A model generated the notes under the pieces. That model did not search any database. It was not told where the DNA came from and was given only the letters and a program-made list of their open reading frames with translations. Below, in pieces: positions 17,972 to 28,782 of a DNA stretch of 64,000 nucleotides (positions within the stretch are counted from its first letter, which is position 1; each line of letters opens with the position of its first letter). The position numbers and the translations under genes are program-made. This DNA is from a virus, in the IMG/VR virus record IMGVR_UViG_3300042991_000201, positions 9,764-73,763 of that record, one strand, 5' to 3'.

Positions 17972-19135
17972 TTACTTTTCAGCCTTGTGCTGATTCTTGA
18001 GACGTTCAATCATATTGCCACGAGCAGACTTAGCAGTAAGAGCCTCATCTACTTTGACAGTACTAGTACCGGCGGCGCGAACCGTAGCATCGGCCTTGCT
18101 ATCAAGGAATTCCAGAGCACCATCAAAACGACCAGTAAGATAAACCCCATCATGGCCATCGAGCTTGGCATTGGGGAAAACCTTCATAATGACAGCCTTC
18201 TGAATGTCAACATCTGCTTCATCACCCTTCAGTTCTATCTCGGCCTTCTCAGCGGCTTTGATGAGGGCAATCTTCTTCTCTACACCGGCATTGATAGCGG
18301 CGATATCAAGATGACTAGCCTTGACTTCAGCCAGTTCCTTCTCCAGAGCATCAACACGATCCTTGAAAGTATCACGAGCGGCTTCAACCGACTGCATATC
18401 AGCCTTAGAACTCGCAATAACTTTCTCGGCAGCATCTGCTCTTGACTTCTCAGCGTTGAGAGCCTTGATTACTGCCTCTTCAGCTTCGTAATCAATACCA
18501 TCAAGCACTATCTTCTTGAGAGTAGGCATGTTAGCCTCCTTAGTGTCTATATTTTTCTCATCCTCTTTAACAAGAGGAGGTTCAACCATAATTGCATCAG
18601 CAGAATCAAATCTAATCCTAGCCGCTTCACCGGCACGGGCATTGTCTACAATAGCTACATGATTATAGCGTATATTCTTCTGGCGCTTATCATAAGGGAC
18701 ACCAAGCCATGCACCAGCCTCATCTACAAGATCACAAGAATACCCACAAGACAATTCTCGCTTACCAGAAAGCACATTAGCTATGGCATCATTATCTTGC
18801 ACAACCATATCTATAGTAAGATGAATGTTATCCCCATTAAAGGGGTTGTCTCCAAGATTACCAACCTGATATTCCTTGACATTTGTAGCATCTACAAATA
18901 CAGCAGGATGATCATTGGTAAGTGGTTTCAGACGGAGAGAGTCCATAGACACATCAGCAAATACATCGTCTGGATGCCGAAGTTCCCATTCGATAGTACC
19001 ATCGGCTTTCTGATAAGGAAACACACCTATGCTAGTAACACAAGCACGGCCCTTCAGAAATCCTTCAGGGGTAGTTGTGAAAATATCAGTCATCCAACTA
19101 GGAGCATCTATTCGATCAAGTCTATTTACACTCAT
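17972..19135 (-). CDS. prohead protease-scaffold (DUF2213)
   Basis: TPEGFL, PLTNDHP, ELSCGY and NHVAIVDNARAG motifs; coiled-coil C-terminus. Confidence 0.9.
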   Translation of the reverse strand: MSVNRLDRIDAPSWMTDIFTTTPEGFLKGRACVTSIGVFPYQKADGTIEWELRHPDDVFADVSMDSLRLKPLTNDHPAVFVDATNVKEYQVGNLGDNPFNGDNIHLTIDMVVQDNDAIANVLSGKRELSCGYSCDLVDEAGAWLGVPYDKRQKNIRYNHVAIVDNARAGEAARIRFDSADAIMVEPPLVKEDEKNIDTKEANMPTLKKIVLDGIDYEAEEAVIKALNAEKSRADAAEKVIASSKADMQSVEAARDTFKDRVDALEKELAEVKASHLDIAAINAGVEKKIALIKAAEKAEIELKGDEADVDIQKAVIMKVFPNAKLDGHDGVYLTGRFDGALEFLDSKADATVRAAGTSTVKVDEALTAKSARGNMIERLKNQHKAEK

Positions 19136-19274
19136 TATTTCTCCTTTGGCTTTTTCTTATCTATAGGTTTCTTTTAGTTGGCTTTGTTCCACATGACATA
19201 TTGAGCCTCCTATATATAGTAAAACTCTAATGTATATACTCTATAACATAAGAATGTAATCTTGTCAAGTGGGA

Positions 19275-19436
19275 CTAGCCTCTATGGTAATCCTCTGATT
19301 TATTGACACGTCGTTTATCTTTTACTATGATTTCGACGTAATTACCCTTCTCGGCAAGAGTAATTTCCACACTGCCATATTCCACACTCTCTATTGCCCG
19401 TTTAAGGGCTGTCAACATCTCTGGCGTACATCGCAT
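19275..19436 (-). CDS. small hypothetical protein (DUF2292-like)
   Basis: MRCTPEML...IESVEYGSVEITL; probable ATG at 19436 with an AGGAG RBS. Confidence 0.45.
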   Translation of the reverse strand: MRCTPEMLTALKRAIESVEYGSVEITLAEKGNYVEIIVKDKRRVNKSEDYHRG

Positions 19437-19441
19437 AGGGG

Positions 19442-20416
19442 TTACTCCTTTATCTCGTCGTCTAAATCTTTGGCATATATATTCCAGACCGGCTCCGCAC
19501 TGCAACGACAGGCAATTGGGCGACCCGGATGATCATGTTCCATTAACTGTGTACGGGGTTTCCATGTTTTACCACTATCTGAAGAATAGACATTGAAGTC
19601 ATTCCAAGTACAAAATAGATCATCCATAATATAGTGACTTGGGATGGCTTTGGGAAATTTGCCAAGGGGATTACCACGCACACGCTCATCTTGTGCTGTA
19701 CGCCATATATAAAATTCCATACCTATATTACGGAATTGACGTTCTGCCACGTAGCTATTAAGTTTACCAACTTGATCCCGTGCTATGAGTCTAGCTCTAT
19801 ATCCCATAATCTTATCCGATAACTTCTGTATCTCTGTAGCGAATTCCTCTATAGTCCAACCAGACTGAAGCCCATTCGTAATTAGAGTATTGAGTTTTGT
19901 TACATACTCGGTTGAAAGACTTTTTATCAATCGATAGTTTTCGTTGGCCCATACCTTAGATACTTCAGGGAACCAATTAGAAGAAGTATCAAGAGGAATT
20001 CCTGCAAGCACTTCTATCTTCTTCTCGAATTGAACTTTATATCTATTGAATATCTTCTCGGCTACAGCAGTCAATTCGCGGAATAGAATAGAAGAAGGTA
20101 TGAGTTTTGCTCCATAAACTATTGCAAGTTCTTCCTGTAATTCAGACATGAGTTGTTCTATATCATCATTAAGATCATCGTATCTGGTATCTACGCGACT
20201 CTTTGTCATCATTCTTGGGAGATATGTATTAAGCCTGTCCATTGTAAACTGCACGAAATCTACTTGATATTTTCGTATGAGACGAGCATACTCCCGCTCT
20301 GCCCCTAGAGGGTATAAAATGGGTTTATGCCCTATATGGTATATTTTTTTTCGTTGTACTGAAGTCATAAGACTCCTATACATTTTTATAGCATTACGAA
20401 ATTCAGTTGGTGCCAT
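19442..20416 (-). CDS. minor head / head morphogenesis protein (SPP1 gp7/Mu F-like)
   Basis: RARLIARDQ, YIWRTAQDERVR and HPG..IACRC motifs. Confidence 0.9.
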   Translation of the reverse strand: MAPTEFRNAIKMYRSLMTSVQRKKIYHIGHKPILYPLGAEREYARLIRKYQVDFVQFTMDRLNTYLPRMMTKSRVDTRYDDLNDDIEQLMSELQEELAIVYGAKLIPSSILFRELTAVAEKIFNRYKVQFEKKIEVLAGIPLDTSSNWFPEVSKVWANENYRLIKSLSTEYVTKLNTLITNGLQSGWTIEEFATEIQKLSDKIMGYRARLIARDQVGKLNSYVAERQFRNIGMEFYIWRTAQDERVRGNPLGKFPKAIPSHYIMDDLFCTWNDFNVYSSDSGKTWKPRTQLMEHDHPGRPIACRCSAEPVWNIYAKDLDDEIKE

Positions 20417-21860
20417 TTACAGGTTCCTCCACAGACTTCTCAAGTGGGGTGGCATTTTCTGGTATTTCATCTTCGGGTGGTTCCCATCCATGTTCCCTAG
20501 ACAATTCAGCACTATCACGAATTCCAGATTCAACATATAACAATTCGGTCTCGGCAAGGAGTTTTTCTGTCTCAGCAGTTCGCTTGTCAATCTCGGATTT
20601 CTCGGTTTCAGTAAGCTGGTAGAGTGAATTGAAAGTTATATCTAATTTAGATGTAACCCCCTTCCACTGCATAATCATATCTATAAGTTTACGAAGTGCT
20701 GGCATAAGTCTATTGCGCTGTGATGCTTCTACAAGATCATAATAGTTACGAAGGTCATTCTCACCCGTGGCATTTAGACCAGCAGGACTTCGACCGAATA
20801 GACGAGTTACAGGGATTGAAGTAGAACCAGAGAGTTTAAGCATGAAACGATCAATTACTTCAGGAAGTCCAGCAAGGGTAGCATACTGCCGAGTATACTC
20901 CTCTTCCTTGTCCAATACAATACCATTTAATATTGACTTGGAAACATTTATAGCATTAAGGCGTTCCACAAGAAGAGACTGCCCCGTCTTTCCGTCTTTA
21001 TCTGGAACAGAAGCAAGTAGTTCCGAGAGTCCTTCAAACTTGTATGTACCAATCATAAATTCATAGAGAAGATTTACTGTAGATTGAGTTACACCACCAA
21101 GATCACGCACATCTTCGTATATACGCTGTATAGATGACATCCCCCAATAACGAATATCAGGCGGTAGTGTGGTGTATAACTTGTTTGGGATAGGATCATT
21201 GAAGAAAGGAATTACACGGGAGTAATGCACGTACTGTTCTATGATAGCTGTACCTACATACAATCGAATCTTATATAAAAGTATCTGGCCGAAAGTAGGT
21301 GACATTAAATTCTCATCAAATTTGCACTCTGTCACGTTAATAGCAGTACGGTCTATTGGACGAAGATACTCTATCGTCTTTATGGACTTGAGCTTCAAAG
21401 GCTTATCCATAGTCTGTCCATCCATAGCGCCTATAAGAAGTATAGAACCACCAAAAAGTCTCTGCCAACGAATAGCGGTGTTAAACTTCTCTTCTGCATC
21501 AAGACGAATCAACTCATCCATTACAATTTGTGATGGCGCATCCAAGGGGGATTCATCCAGAGGCTTCTTTTTGATCTCGTCCGATTTATCGTCTAGGTAT
21601 ATCCACTCCCGAGTCATATCGTCAGCTATAATGTCAACGATACGAGAAGCAAGACCATCACCCAAATACATTTCAGCAAGTGTCGCATCGTCGAGGACGG
21701 TGGCCGTGCCATATTTAGTATACTGAGATTTGTCCTGTTTTTGGTTCAGACCAATTAAAGCGTTACTCCAACTGTCAGTACGAACGGCATTAAGACGCTC
21801 TAGGGGCTTTGGAATTTCTTGTGCTGGAGTGGATATTTTTCTCGGACGACCTCTTGGCAT
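20403..21860 (-). CDS. portal protein (DUF1073 family)
   Basis: RIVD..ADDMTREW, RLFGGS and IPVTRLFGRSPAGLNATGENDLRNYYD motifs; follows terL. Confidence 0.9.
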   Translation of the reverse strand: MPRGRPRKISTPAQEIPKPLERLNAVRTDSWSNALIGLNQKQDKSQYTKYGTATVLDDATLAEMYLGDGLASRIVDIIADDMTREWIYLDDKSDEIKKKPLDESPLDAPSQIVMDELIRLDAEEKFNTAIRWQRLFGGSILLIGAMDGQTMDKPLKLKSIKTIEYLRPIDRTAINVTECKFDENLMSPTFGQILLYKIRLYVGTAIIEQYVHYSRVIPFFNDPIPNKLYTTLPPDIRYWGMSSIQRIYEDVRDLGGVTQSTVNLLYEFMIGTYKFEGLSELLASVPDKDGKTGQSLLVERLNAINVSKSILNGIVLDKEEEYTRQYATLAGLPEVIDRFMLKLSGSTSIPVTRLFGRSPAGLNATGENDLRNYYDLVEASQRNRLMPALRKLIDMIMQWKGVTSKLDITFNSLYQLTETEKSEIDKRTAETEKLLAETELLYVESGIRDSAELSREHGWEPPEDEIPENATPLEKSVEEPVNGTN

Positions 21861-21959
21861 ATATAAATCCCCCTATATTACAAATAGAATATGTAAAAAA
21901 TACTATACATAACCTATTTCGTCAAGGGGGATTAGTTTATTATAACAAGAAATACTTAT

Positions 21960-23273
21960 TTACCAGCGATACAAGTCTTTGATGTTCCTTGTCTGTATGA
22001 ATTTACCTTGCCTCAGGCAGGAAGCCGCAGAATCTGGTGCGTCATCATGTACGTCTGCATCTACTGACCAATCCTTTATCTGCTCCAAATAAAATAAGTC
22101 AGTCTCCTTTGCCCAAGATATACGGGGCCATGCCTCATATAGATATTTGGAGATTTTCAATTCCTTCTTCATCGACTCAGTGTATGGTCTAGGCCAAACT
22201 CCATTAGATACAGCTAGTGGAGTAGAGGTAATGGCTTCAAGAGAGAATCCCCTGTCACTATTATCCTCCATAAAAAGTTTCTTAGCTCTATACAGAACCA
22301 TCTTTTCAACAACAAAAGGTATCCAGTCCTTTATGTGTGTTTTTGCGAGGAATCCAATAGCACAAATACGGCCATTAGCAAGGGGCTTCATTATCGTGAG
22401 AGCGCAACTATCCTTACCTCCATAAGCGGCATCTATGTGTGCTATAGGTTCAGAACGATATGCGTAATCCCATTCACCAATTTCAGGTTCTTGGAATAAG
22501 TTATCCTCTTCATTTTGGAATTCAAGATCATAGTTAATAGCATAGATGGTTGCGGGTAGTTCTGATTTCTTACTTGCTATTTGCTCATCTGTCAATAGTC
22601 CAGTAACCGCTACGGGAAATTTCAATGCTGTAGGCATGACCGAGAATAGTCCATCTCTAGCCCAAGGAGTGCCTACTATTCTAAAGCGTCCACCCGGATC
22701 AAGGATATTTACTTGCATTTCCTTCATAATCATTTTTGTCTTTTCACGCTCTGCGGAAGATATGCGGTCTATAAGAGCTTCACAATCGTCTCCAAGAATT
22801 TCGGTAAAGTGACTTCCCGTCATACTTGAATCAAGACCATATGCAGTTAGAGAACCTTCTTTAGTCTTGGTTTTCTTTACGGAGAATTCAATCTTACCGG
22901 CTTTACGAGTTGTGAACGACCACTCCTCCCCCCATACGAGGGTGAGAAGATCGTGCACATTATCAAGCATACATATATTGGATATGTTTCTAAGCATTTC
23001 ACTTGCTTCTGTGAACGTTTTACGCACTATAGCAATACGAGCATCTGGGTTCTGCATGAGATACCATATTGTACCTATCTCAGTTATCGCTGTACTTTTG
23101 TAGCTACCACGATGCCCCATAAGGGTTCTAACTTCTGTTGCCCCGTCTTTACCCCAGATATAGTGTATCCATTGAGAGTGCATTTTGGTTAGTTTGTCTT
23201 TACCAGCTAGATGTCCAAGCAGATGTGGGTATTTTGCTATCTTCTTTACATCATCCCAAGTGTAATTTGCCAT
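21960..23273 (-). CDS. terL: terminase large subunit
   Basis: HRGSYKST Walker A, GDD, VGTPW, HIDAAY and HDDAPDS nuclease motif. Confidence 0.9.
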   Translation of the reverse strand: MANYTWDDVKKIAKYPHLLGHLAGKDKLTKMHSQWIHYIWGKDGATEVRTLMGHRGSYKSTAITEIGTIWYLMQNPDARIAIVRKTFTEASEMLRNISNICMLDNVHDLLTLVWGEEWSFTTRKAGKIEFSVKKTKTKEGSLTAYGLDSSMTGSHFTEILGDDCEALIDRISSAEREKTKMIMKEMQVNILDPGGRFRIVGTPWARDGLFSVMPTALKFPVAVTGLLTDEQIASKKSELPATIYAINYDLEFQNEEDNLFQEPEIGEWDYAYRSEPIAHIDAAYGGKDSCALTIMKPLANGRICAIGFLAKTHIKDWIPFVVEKMVLYRAKKLFMEDNSDRGFSLEAITSTPLAVSNGVWPRPYTESMKKELKISKYLYEAWPRISWAKETDLFYLEQIKDWSVDADVHDDAPDSAASCLRQGKFIQTRNIKDLYRW

Positions 23274-23350
23274 GTGGCCTCCCTATATGAAATTTGCCCC
23301 ATATAGTGAATATACTATATAGGGTACATCTCTGTCAAGGAGGGTATGAA

Positions 23351-23566
23351 TTATGCTTTATTTTTCCATTCATCAAAGTATGCTTTAATGGTGGCATCGG
23401 CATGGACACCGTTCTGATTGAAGTAGGTATCCTGTGCCATAGCAAGGATGAAGTGTTCTGGTACCTTCAACATCTTGCCCGTATCAAATGCTTTGAACAT
23501 CAGTTGTCGTGCCACATCCCAAGCCATCTTAGTCTCTGCTTCATCAAAAGCCTTCTGTATGTCCAT
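23351..23566 (-). CDS. hypothetical protein
   Basis: ORF with an AGGAG RBS. Confidence 0.5.
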   Translation of the reverse strand: MDIQKAFDEAETKMAWDVARQLMFKAFDTGKMLKVPEHFILAMAQDTYFNQNGVHADATIKAYFDEWKNKA

Positions 23567-23599
23567 CTTGTGTTCTCCTATAGGTACTATAGTAATGAA

Positions 23600-24112
23600 T
23601 TACCTCTTATCAGTCAAGTAGGAAAACACGAAAGTTGTCATATTCTTTGTGGGCTGTGGCAATGTACGCTTTCCACGAGCAAAAGCCATATACGCACTAA
23701 GCCCCATATTATATGCCGCAACCATGCCCCATTGTGTCCCTGTATGTCTTTTCAGCACGGCAAGATGCTTAATCCCGACCTCCATACTGGCTTTCCAGTC
23801 ATATGGATCGAATGGAACTCCACCACGATACTTATATGTGAACTCATCGATATAAGCACTATTGAGTTGCATAAGACCTATATCAAGGGTACCATTTGGA
23901 TTTACATTCAGGGCATTTGCATCCCAAGCTGATTCCCACTCAATGAGTTTCGCTATCGTATACGGAGAAAGATCATACTCCTTGCATAGTAGCAGCAGTT
24001 CCAGTACATACTTCTTTGGTACAGGGGTTACTTGAGCGTTCACATATATACTAGGAGCCGTCGTGAATATCCACAATAGAATAATTGACTTTATGAACGA
24101 AGAACGAAACAT
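23600..24112 (-). CDS. lytic transglycosylase (SLT) with N-terminal signal/SAR-like helix
   Basis: WES, GLMQLN and AAYNMG motifs; probable start MFRSS at 24112. Confidence 0.85.
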   Translation of the reverse strand: MFRSSFIKSIILLWIFTTAPSIYVNAQVTPVPKKYVLELLLLCKEYDLSPYTIAKLIEWESAWDANALNVNPNGTLDIGLMQLNSAYIDEFTYKYRGGVPFDPYDWKASMEVGIKHLAVLKRHTGTQWGMVAAYNMGLSAYMAFARGKRTLPQPTKNMTTFVFSYLTDKR

Positions 24113-24318
24113 GATGGTACTCCTGCAAATTCGCATATAGGGGGATTATCTTTTCCCCACCATTCTCGGGCCTCTTTAAGTACTTTTGGTGTCAGCGCCC
24201 TCTTACATTCTTCTGGATGATGTGCACACTGCTCATAGTAGCGACAAAATGTAGAATCTCTGAAACACAACACTATATCATCCCTCCATTCGGTTTCTTC
24301 CACTTCTAATCCTCCCAC
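24091..24318 (-). CDS. small Cys-rich hypothetical protein
   Basis: CFRDSTFC...C...C.R pattern. Confidence 0.45.
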   Translation of the reverse strand: MGGLEVEETEWRDDIVLCFRDSTFCRYYEQCAHHPEECKRALTPKVLKEAREWWGKDNPPICEFAGVPSCFVLRS

Positions 24319-24446
24319 TGCCGTTCCAATACCCGTATACGTTCCAACAGATCAAGAAGATCATCGTCTAAAGTAGACACTGTATTTTCAAGGTCATGCA
24401 CTCTGCACTCTAGGGTGCTTATTCTATTGAAATCATCCCTCATAAT

Positions 24447-24839
24447 TCAATCCTCCTTATATAAAATCAGTTCTCCTGACTTTCCCGTGTAGTATACTAC
24501 ATTTATCCGGGCTTCGGCAATAGCCATAGCGCATATTTCACATGGTTTTGCCATAGCCCATGAACCATCTTTCAGAAGTCGCCCCACAATAAGGGTTTTA
24601 GCCTGTCCACGTGCTTTAAGGATGCACGAAACTTCAGCATGAAGATATTGTTTTGCGCCTCGACCAACTTTCTCAGCAAGCTCTTTCATACGTGGATGGG
24701 TTTTGACGTAGGAATTACATCCCATAGCTATTATATTGTCGTTGTCATCCAAAGCCACAGCCCCAACAAGGTAAGCACCTAGATGTTCCATAGGGAGTAA
24801 GTACGTACAGAGTTTATCAAGAGCGATGTAAGGAGTCAT
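24447..24839 (-). CDS. zinc-dependent (deoxy)cytidylate deaminase-family protein
   Basis: HAE and PCEIC motifs. Confidence 0.8.
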   Translation of the reverse strand: MTPYIALDKLCTYLLPMEHLGAYLVGAVALDDNDNIIAMGCNSYVKTHPRMKELAEKVGRGAKQYLHAEVSCILKARGQAKTLIVGRLLKDGSWAMAKPCEICAMAIAEARINVVYYTGKSGELILYKED

Positions 24840-25163
24840 ACGCCTGTATACCCTTTAAGAATAAATTCCAACACAGCCTCAGTAGCCTGAATAGCATCTA
24901 GGAGATTTTCCGGCACTTCATCCATAGGTATGATCCGCAGTGCATCTTTCATGGCCTCCAAATTCTGTTCAAGCAGTTCTATTACGTCTTTCATATCTCT
25001 TTCTCCTTCACTATAAGCATTTCTCCAGTTAGTGACTCTATGTACCGTATAACCTCCATAGAGAGCAAGAGAGCATCTATTTCACCACATGATAGCGTCT
25101 CTTTCTCAGCGTACCAGTTATACACACCCAAAGCCCGTTTTGTCAGGATGGGTATTTTATCCA

Positions 25164-25391
25164 TTACACAATCCCCTTTGGTGGCTCAGGAAGGGGCATC
25201 CAGTGAGTTGCATCACGTATACAAGAATATCCACTATGATAGGGACTAAAGAAACTATTGCCTTTGTTACCTTTATAGTCTTGTTCATATACATAGTCAC
25301 AACAGATTTCTCCATAGACAGGGACATATAGAATAACCCTCTGTCTCGATTTGGGCATCCTTTCTCTACATGGTATCCACTTATCCAACAT
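25164..25391 (-). CDS. DUF551-family protein
   Basis: WIPCRERMP...ATHWMPLPEPP. Confidence 0.8.
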   Translation of the reverse strand: MLDKWIPCRERMPKSRQRVILYVPVYGEICCDYVYEQDYKGNKGNSFFSPYHSGYSCIRDATHWMPLPEPPKGIV

Positions 25392-25439
25392 TTTTCACCC
25401 CCCAGATATAGCGATACACAAGAATATACTACATTTCAC

Positions 25440-26300
25440 GATAAAAGGCAAGCCATAATCGCCTATAAGGGTCAAAATTCCTGAAAATTTCTAGTTGCCT
25501 TCAATACCCCTATATACGTTTTTGTCCTATATAGCATCTTGTATACCCGATCTGGCACAATAGGGATCATTTAGATGCTATTGGTATGTAAGAGGGGGTA
25601 TAAACCCATATATAGAGAAAAATATATATGAGAAACTTCGATAAGAGAAATTTGGAGTACTAGCTTGGCATCATTCGGGAGATGTAGACTATCAACTAAG
25701 GGTGCCTATAGGCCACTACCCTCCCCCCTCTGTTAAAAATAATTATTCCTAACATAAAAACTTATATAACATAATAATATATATGCTACATAATATACAT
25801 ACTAATAGCTCCCATAAAACATTAACCTAGATAGTACTGCTCTATGCTATGCTCTATGGTAGCAATACGAGCCACTGCATAGGTATCTATGGGAGCCACT
25901 GCATAGGTATCCTATATAAACAAAAATATATGCACTATAACCAGTATCTGGTACTTGTTGAACCTATACTAGGAATATCTGTATGGCACGATAGAACAAT
26001 AGTATATGCTCATTGACAGGTATGAATACTATAAATGTATGAAAAAGTATACAGATATAGGAACCTTACTGTATGCTATATGTACTATTCTATCTAATAA
26101 TATATATATAACTATGTATCTTATTGTGGTATTGTAGTACCAGAATACCTACTAGACTTACTATAATCATACCTATAAACCATGCAAGAAAACAAAAATA
26201 AGAAACAAAAAAACTACCATAATCGGAAACTATAAAAAAAACTACCATAGCTCAATACTATGGTAGTAAGTAGACAATATATATATTTGGAATTACATTA
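25440..26300. other. long non-coding AT-rich tract, left border of the early module
   Basis: No ORF of 60 aa or more over ~860 bp; short repeats and C-tracts. Confidence 0.6.
25869..25911. repeat. 19-bp direct repeat x2 (GAGCCACTGCATAGGTATC)
   Basis: Exact copies at 25869-25887 and 25893-25911. Confidence 0.9.
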
Positions 26301-26303
26301 TTA

Positions 26304-26561
26304 CTATAATATATTCCAGACTATACCGCCACGTTTACCACGTGTAATTTCATAATCAGGGTATATGCCTTGAATATCCAATAGATTGCCCTTCCATGCC
26401 AACAATGTGGCGTCATTGGAGTCTGAGCCTACTTTATTATGTTCACGCTCCCAGAAATATAAAATACTATCAGCACTTTTTTTAGTACCGTACAATATAT
26501 CGGTACTGCATGGTGGACTAAAACTACCGCTAGCACTAATTGTTTGGTACGAAATAACCAT
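26304..26561 (-). CDS. early-region hypothetical protein
   Basis: ORF with a GAGGCGGT RBS; YPDY....GKRGG pattern. Confidence 0.55.
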   Translation of the reverse strand: MVISYQTISASGSFSPPCSTDILYGTKKSADSILYFWEREHNKVGSDSNDATLLAWKGNLLDIQGIYPDYEITRGKRGGIVWNIL

Positions 26562-26573
26562 GATTTACCGCCT

Positions 26574-26906
26574 CTAATAAGTAGAAATACAACCTATATA
26601 TAATCCAGTATCTTCATCAAAACTAGGATATTGCTCATCATTCTGCATATCAAAGGCATTGCCGGCCGCGAGCCAGAGAATGTATTGGTATACAGTATCA
26701 TTTTTCATTAAATTTATATCGTTAATGCCATAGGATACTAAAACTTTACAAGCATTGTTAATAGGTATAGTCGATAGTAACTCACGATTGATTGACTGTA
26801 TATATCTAGTACCACTATCGCAAGTACCACTATGGTAGCAAGTAATCATTTCATCATGAGTGAAATAAATAGAAATGTCACTACTAGCAGCGTCAAGTAT
26901 TTTCAT
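26574..26906 (-). CDS. early-region hypothetical protein
   Basis: ORF; HSG.CD...LWLAAG pattern. Confidence 0.55.
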   Translation of the reverse strand: MKILDAASSDISIYFTHDEMITCYHSGTCDSGTRYIQSINRELLSTIPINNACKVLVSYGINDINLMKNDTVYQYILWLAAGNAFDMQNDEQYPSFDEDTGLYIGCISTY

Positions 26907-26910
26907 ACAA

Positions 26911-27288
26911 TTATCTCTCCTTATATTCTATGCTCAGATTTCCGTCAAGAGTAAATATTCTCCTGTCAGTGTATAGCATACCATCAGTCCAGTACCATAT
27001 ATGATTTTCTTGATATATTCCAGATACACTATAATATTTAGCTATAGCATTTATTCTATGTTTAGTAGTTATCGTTCTCCATGCGCCATCAATTACACCT
27101 AAAAATAACTCACTATCATGCACAGAGGCAAGCAATGTACCATGTAAAAAATAATCCATTGCTTTAGTGACATCATTATACTGTACCGTATCTCTGTTCC
27201 ATTTAGTCCACGAATTCAATGGCTTGCCTATTGATAGTGATTTCTTATTAACCAGAGCGTCAAGAATTTGTGTTTCAATAACTCGCAT
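26911..27288 (-). CDS. early-region hypothetical protein
   Basis: LHG...W.T.TTK.R.NA...IYQ...WY pattern seen in phage early regions. Confidence 0.6.
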   Translation of the reverse strand: MRVIETQILDALVNKKSLSIGKPLNSWTKWNRDTVQYNDVTKAMDYFLHGTLLASVHDSELFLGVIDGAWRTITTKHRINAIAKYYSVSGIYQENHIWYWTDGMLYTDRRIFTLDGNLSIEYKER

Positions 27289-27439
27289 AGTTTACCGCCC
27301 TTCCTTAAAAACTATGCTCAGATTTCCGTCGAGAGCATAATTAGAACAATAGAATTTTCGAGCCTTACATGCCTTGACATACGACACAAATTTTCCAAGA
27401 ACTACGCCGGTAAAATCATCTATAAGAATAAACATAATA

Positions 27440-27700
27440 TCACCTGTACTTTCGTGGCATATCCGCCAGCATGACGATATTCTGAAGTGTGTCAATGGAA
27501 ACACTCTCACCATTATGGAAATATTGTATTGTTACATATACTCCATGACCTATAGACTGCTCGACCGTAGACAAAAACTCACTGGCCTTACGTACCGACA
27601 TAGTATCAACACTCCACGTGGATTTCTGGCCATCATAGCCAAAATTTGCTGGATTTGTCGTCCAAAATACCTTAATTTTTGACCGCATAGATAGAGACAT
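27440..27700 (-). CDS. early-region hypothetical protein
   Basis: ORF with an AAGGCGGT RBS. Confidence 0.5.
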   Translation of the reverse strand: MSLSMRSKIKVFWTTNPANFGYDGQKSTWSVDTMSVRKASEFLSTVEQSIGHGVYVTIQYFHNGESVSIDTLQNIVMLADMPRKYR

Positions 27701-27904
27701 AGTATACCGCCTTCAAAAATGATACTGTATACGAAAGTATACAGTTAGTTTCCTCGCCTTACAATCAGCAATGTCTTGCCTTTATTGTATATTTTGTCTT
27801 TTTTTGGCTCCGGCTTGCTTGCCTGCATAGCACGTGCTAAAGCGGCGCAAGCATCATTCAACTGGCTCGTATAAGCATTGCTCATCTCTCATACCTCTTG
27901 ATAC

Positions 27905-27933
27905 CACAATAGTCGATTATTGCCATACTGTCA
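27905..27933 (-). promoter_or_regulatory. sigma70-type early promoter
   Basis: TTGACA-17nt-TATTGT. Confidence 0.55.
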
Positions 27934-28128
27934 ACCACTATTTTACATTATTACTAGTTTTTTGACGATTTCTTGACGATTTCTGTTCTAAATTTTGCCA
28001 AATAGATATAAAAATCATAAAAAGAATGAATTCTGGTATGTTTCATAGTTTTATCTCCTTGCCTGTAATTACACAATATAGCATCATAATAGTCAATATA
28101 AGCAATGGTATGCAAAAAATATATACCA

Positions 28129-28560
28129 TTATAGATACGCTCCAATATTGTCACTGTCTTGCATTGTGCGAGTTAAACTGTAGTTATACAAATCTAGCAA
28201 ATAATCTTTTAGTCCGTAACTTTTAGGCTTTATGCCATGAAAATTTATCGATATTGAAAAAGTAGATAGCAAAGAAGAAGTAACCACAATAGTAAACTCA
28301 TTCCAGCCACAATAACTGTCATTATCCATGCTATGATATGCAGAATTTATCACTATTCTACTGGAATTCGATTTAACCATATCAATAGAATTTCCGCTAT
28401 CAATGCCGCTTCCACTAGGCAAATAATTTTTAACTATATCGTCAAGATAATCCATCCAGTCAATACTGTGGCTTCCGATATAATTTTTAGACTCGATGCA
28501 CTGAGCAATTTCTCTGTAGACTTTCCTGTCAATCATTGTGTTTCCCTTCCTATTCGACAA
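28129..28560 (-). CDS. early-region hypothetical protein
   Basis: LPSGSGIDSG...YH.M....Y.GW pattern. Confidence 0.6.
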   Translation of the reverse strand: MSNRKGNTMIDRKVYREIAQCIESKNYIGSHSIDWMDYLDDIVKNYLPSGSGIDSGNSIDMVKSNSSRIVINSAYHSMDNDSYCGWNEFTIVVTSSLLSTFSISINFHGIKPKSYGLKDYLLDLYNYSLTRTMQDSDNIGAYL

Positions 28561-28782
28561 AAAATAGCGCCTTCAATTCGGCAAGCGCCGATTCAGCTTC
28601 CATTATACTTTCTATACAAGACAGTATAATTCCATGACCATTGTATACGATATTGTAACAGCCTGAATTTGCTATAGATTTTTCGATAGTCAACGAAAAA
28701 ATTGTAATCGGTAGACAACGATAGTTATTGTCAGTGTGCACCATTGTTACACGATTTCCCAAAATTTCAACCGTTCTACTCC

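Noticed and set aside
20403-21860. Anti-CBASS nuclease label sometimes attached to DUF1073 proteins
   Set aside because: Synteny (terL, this gene, minor head) and motifs indicate a portal; no separate phosphoesterase domain is visible.
8241-23932. Numerous plus-strand ORFs opposite the structural genes, and minus-strand ORFs opposite the replication genes
   Set aside because: They are antisense shadows of well-supported genes with no recognisable motifs.
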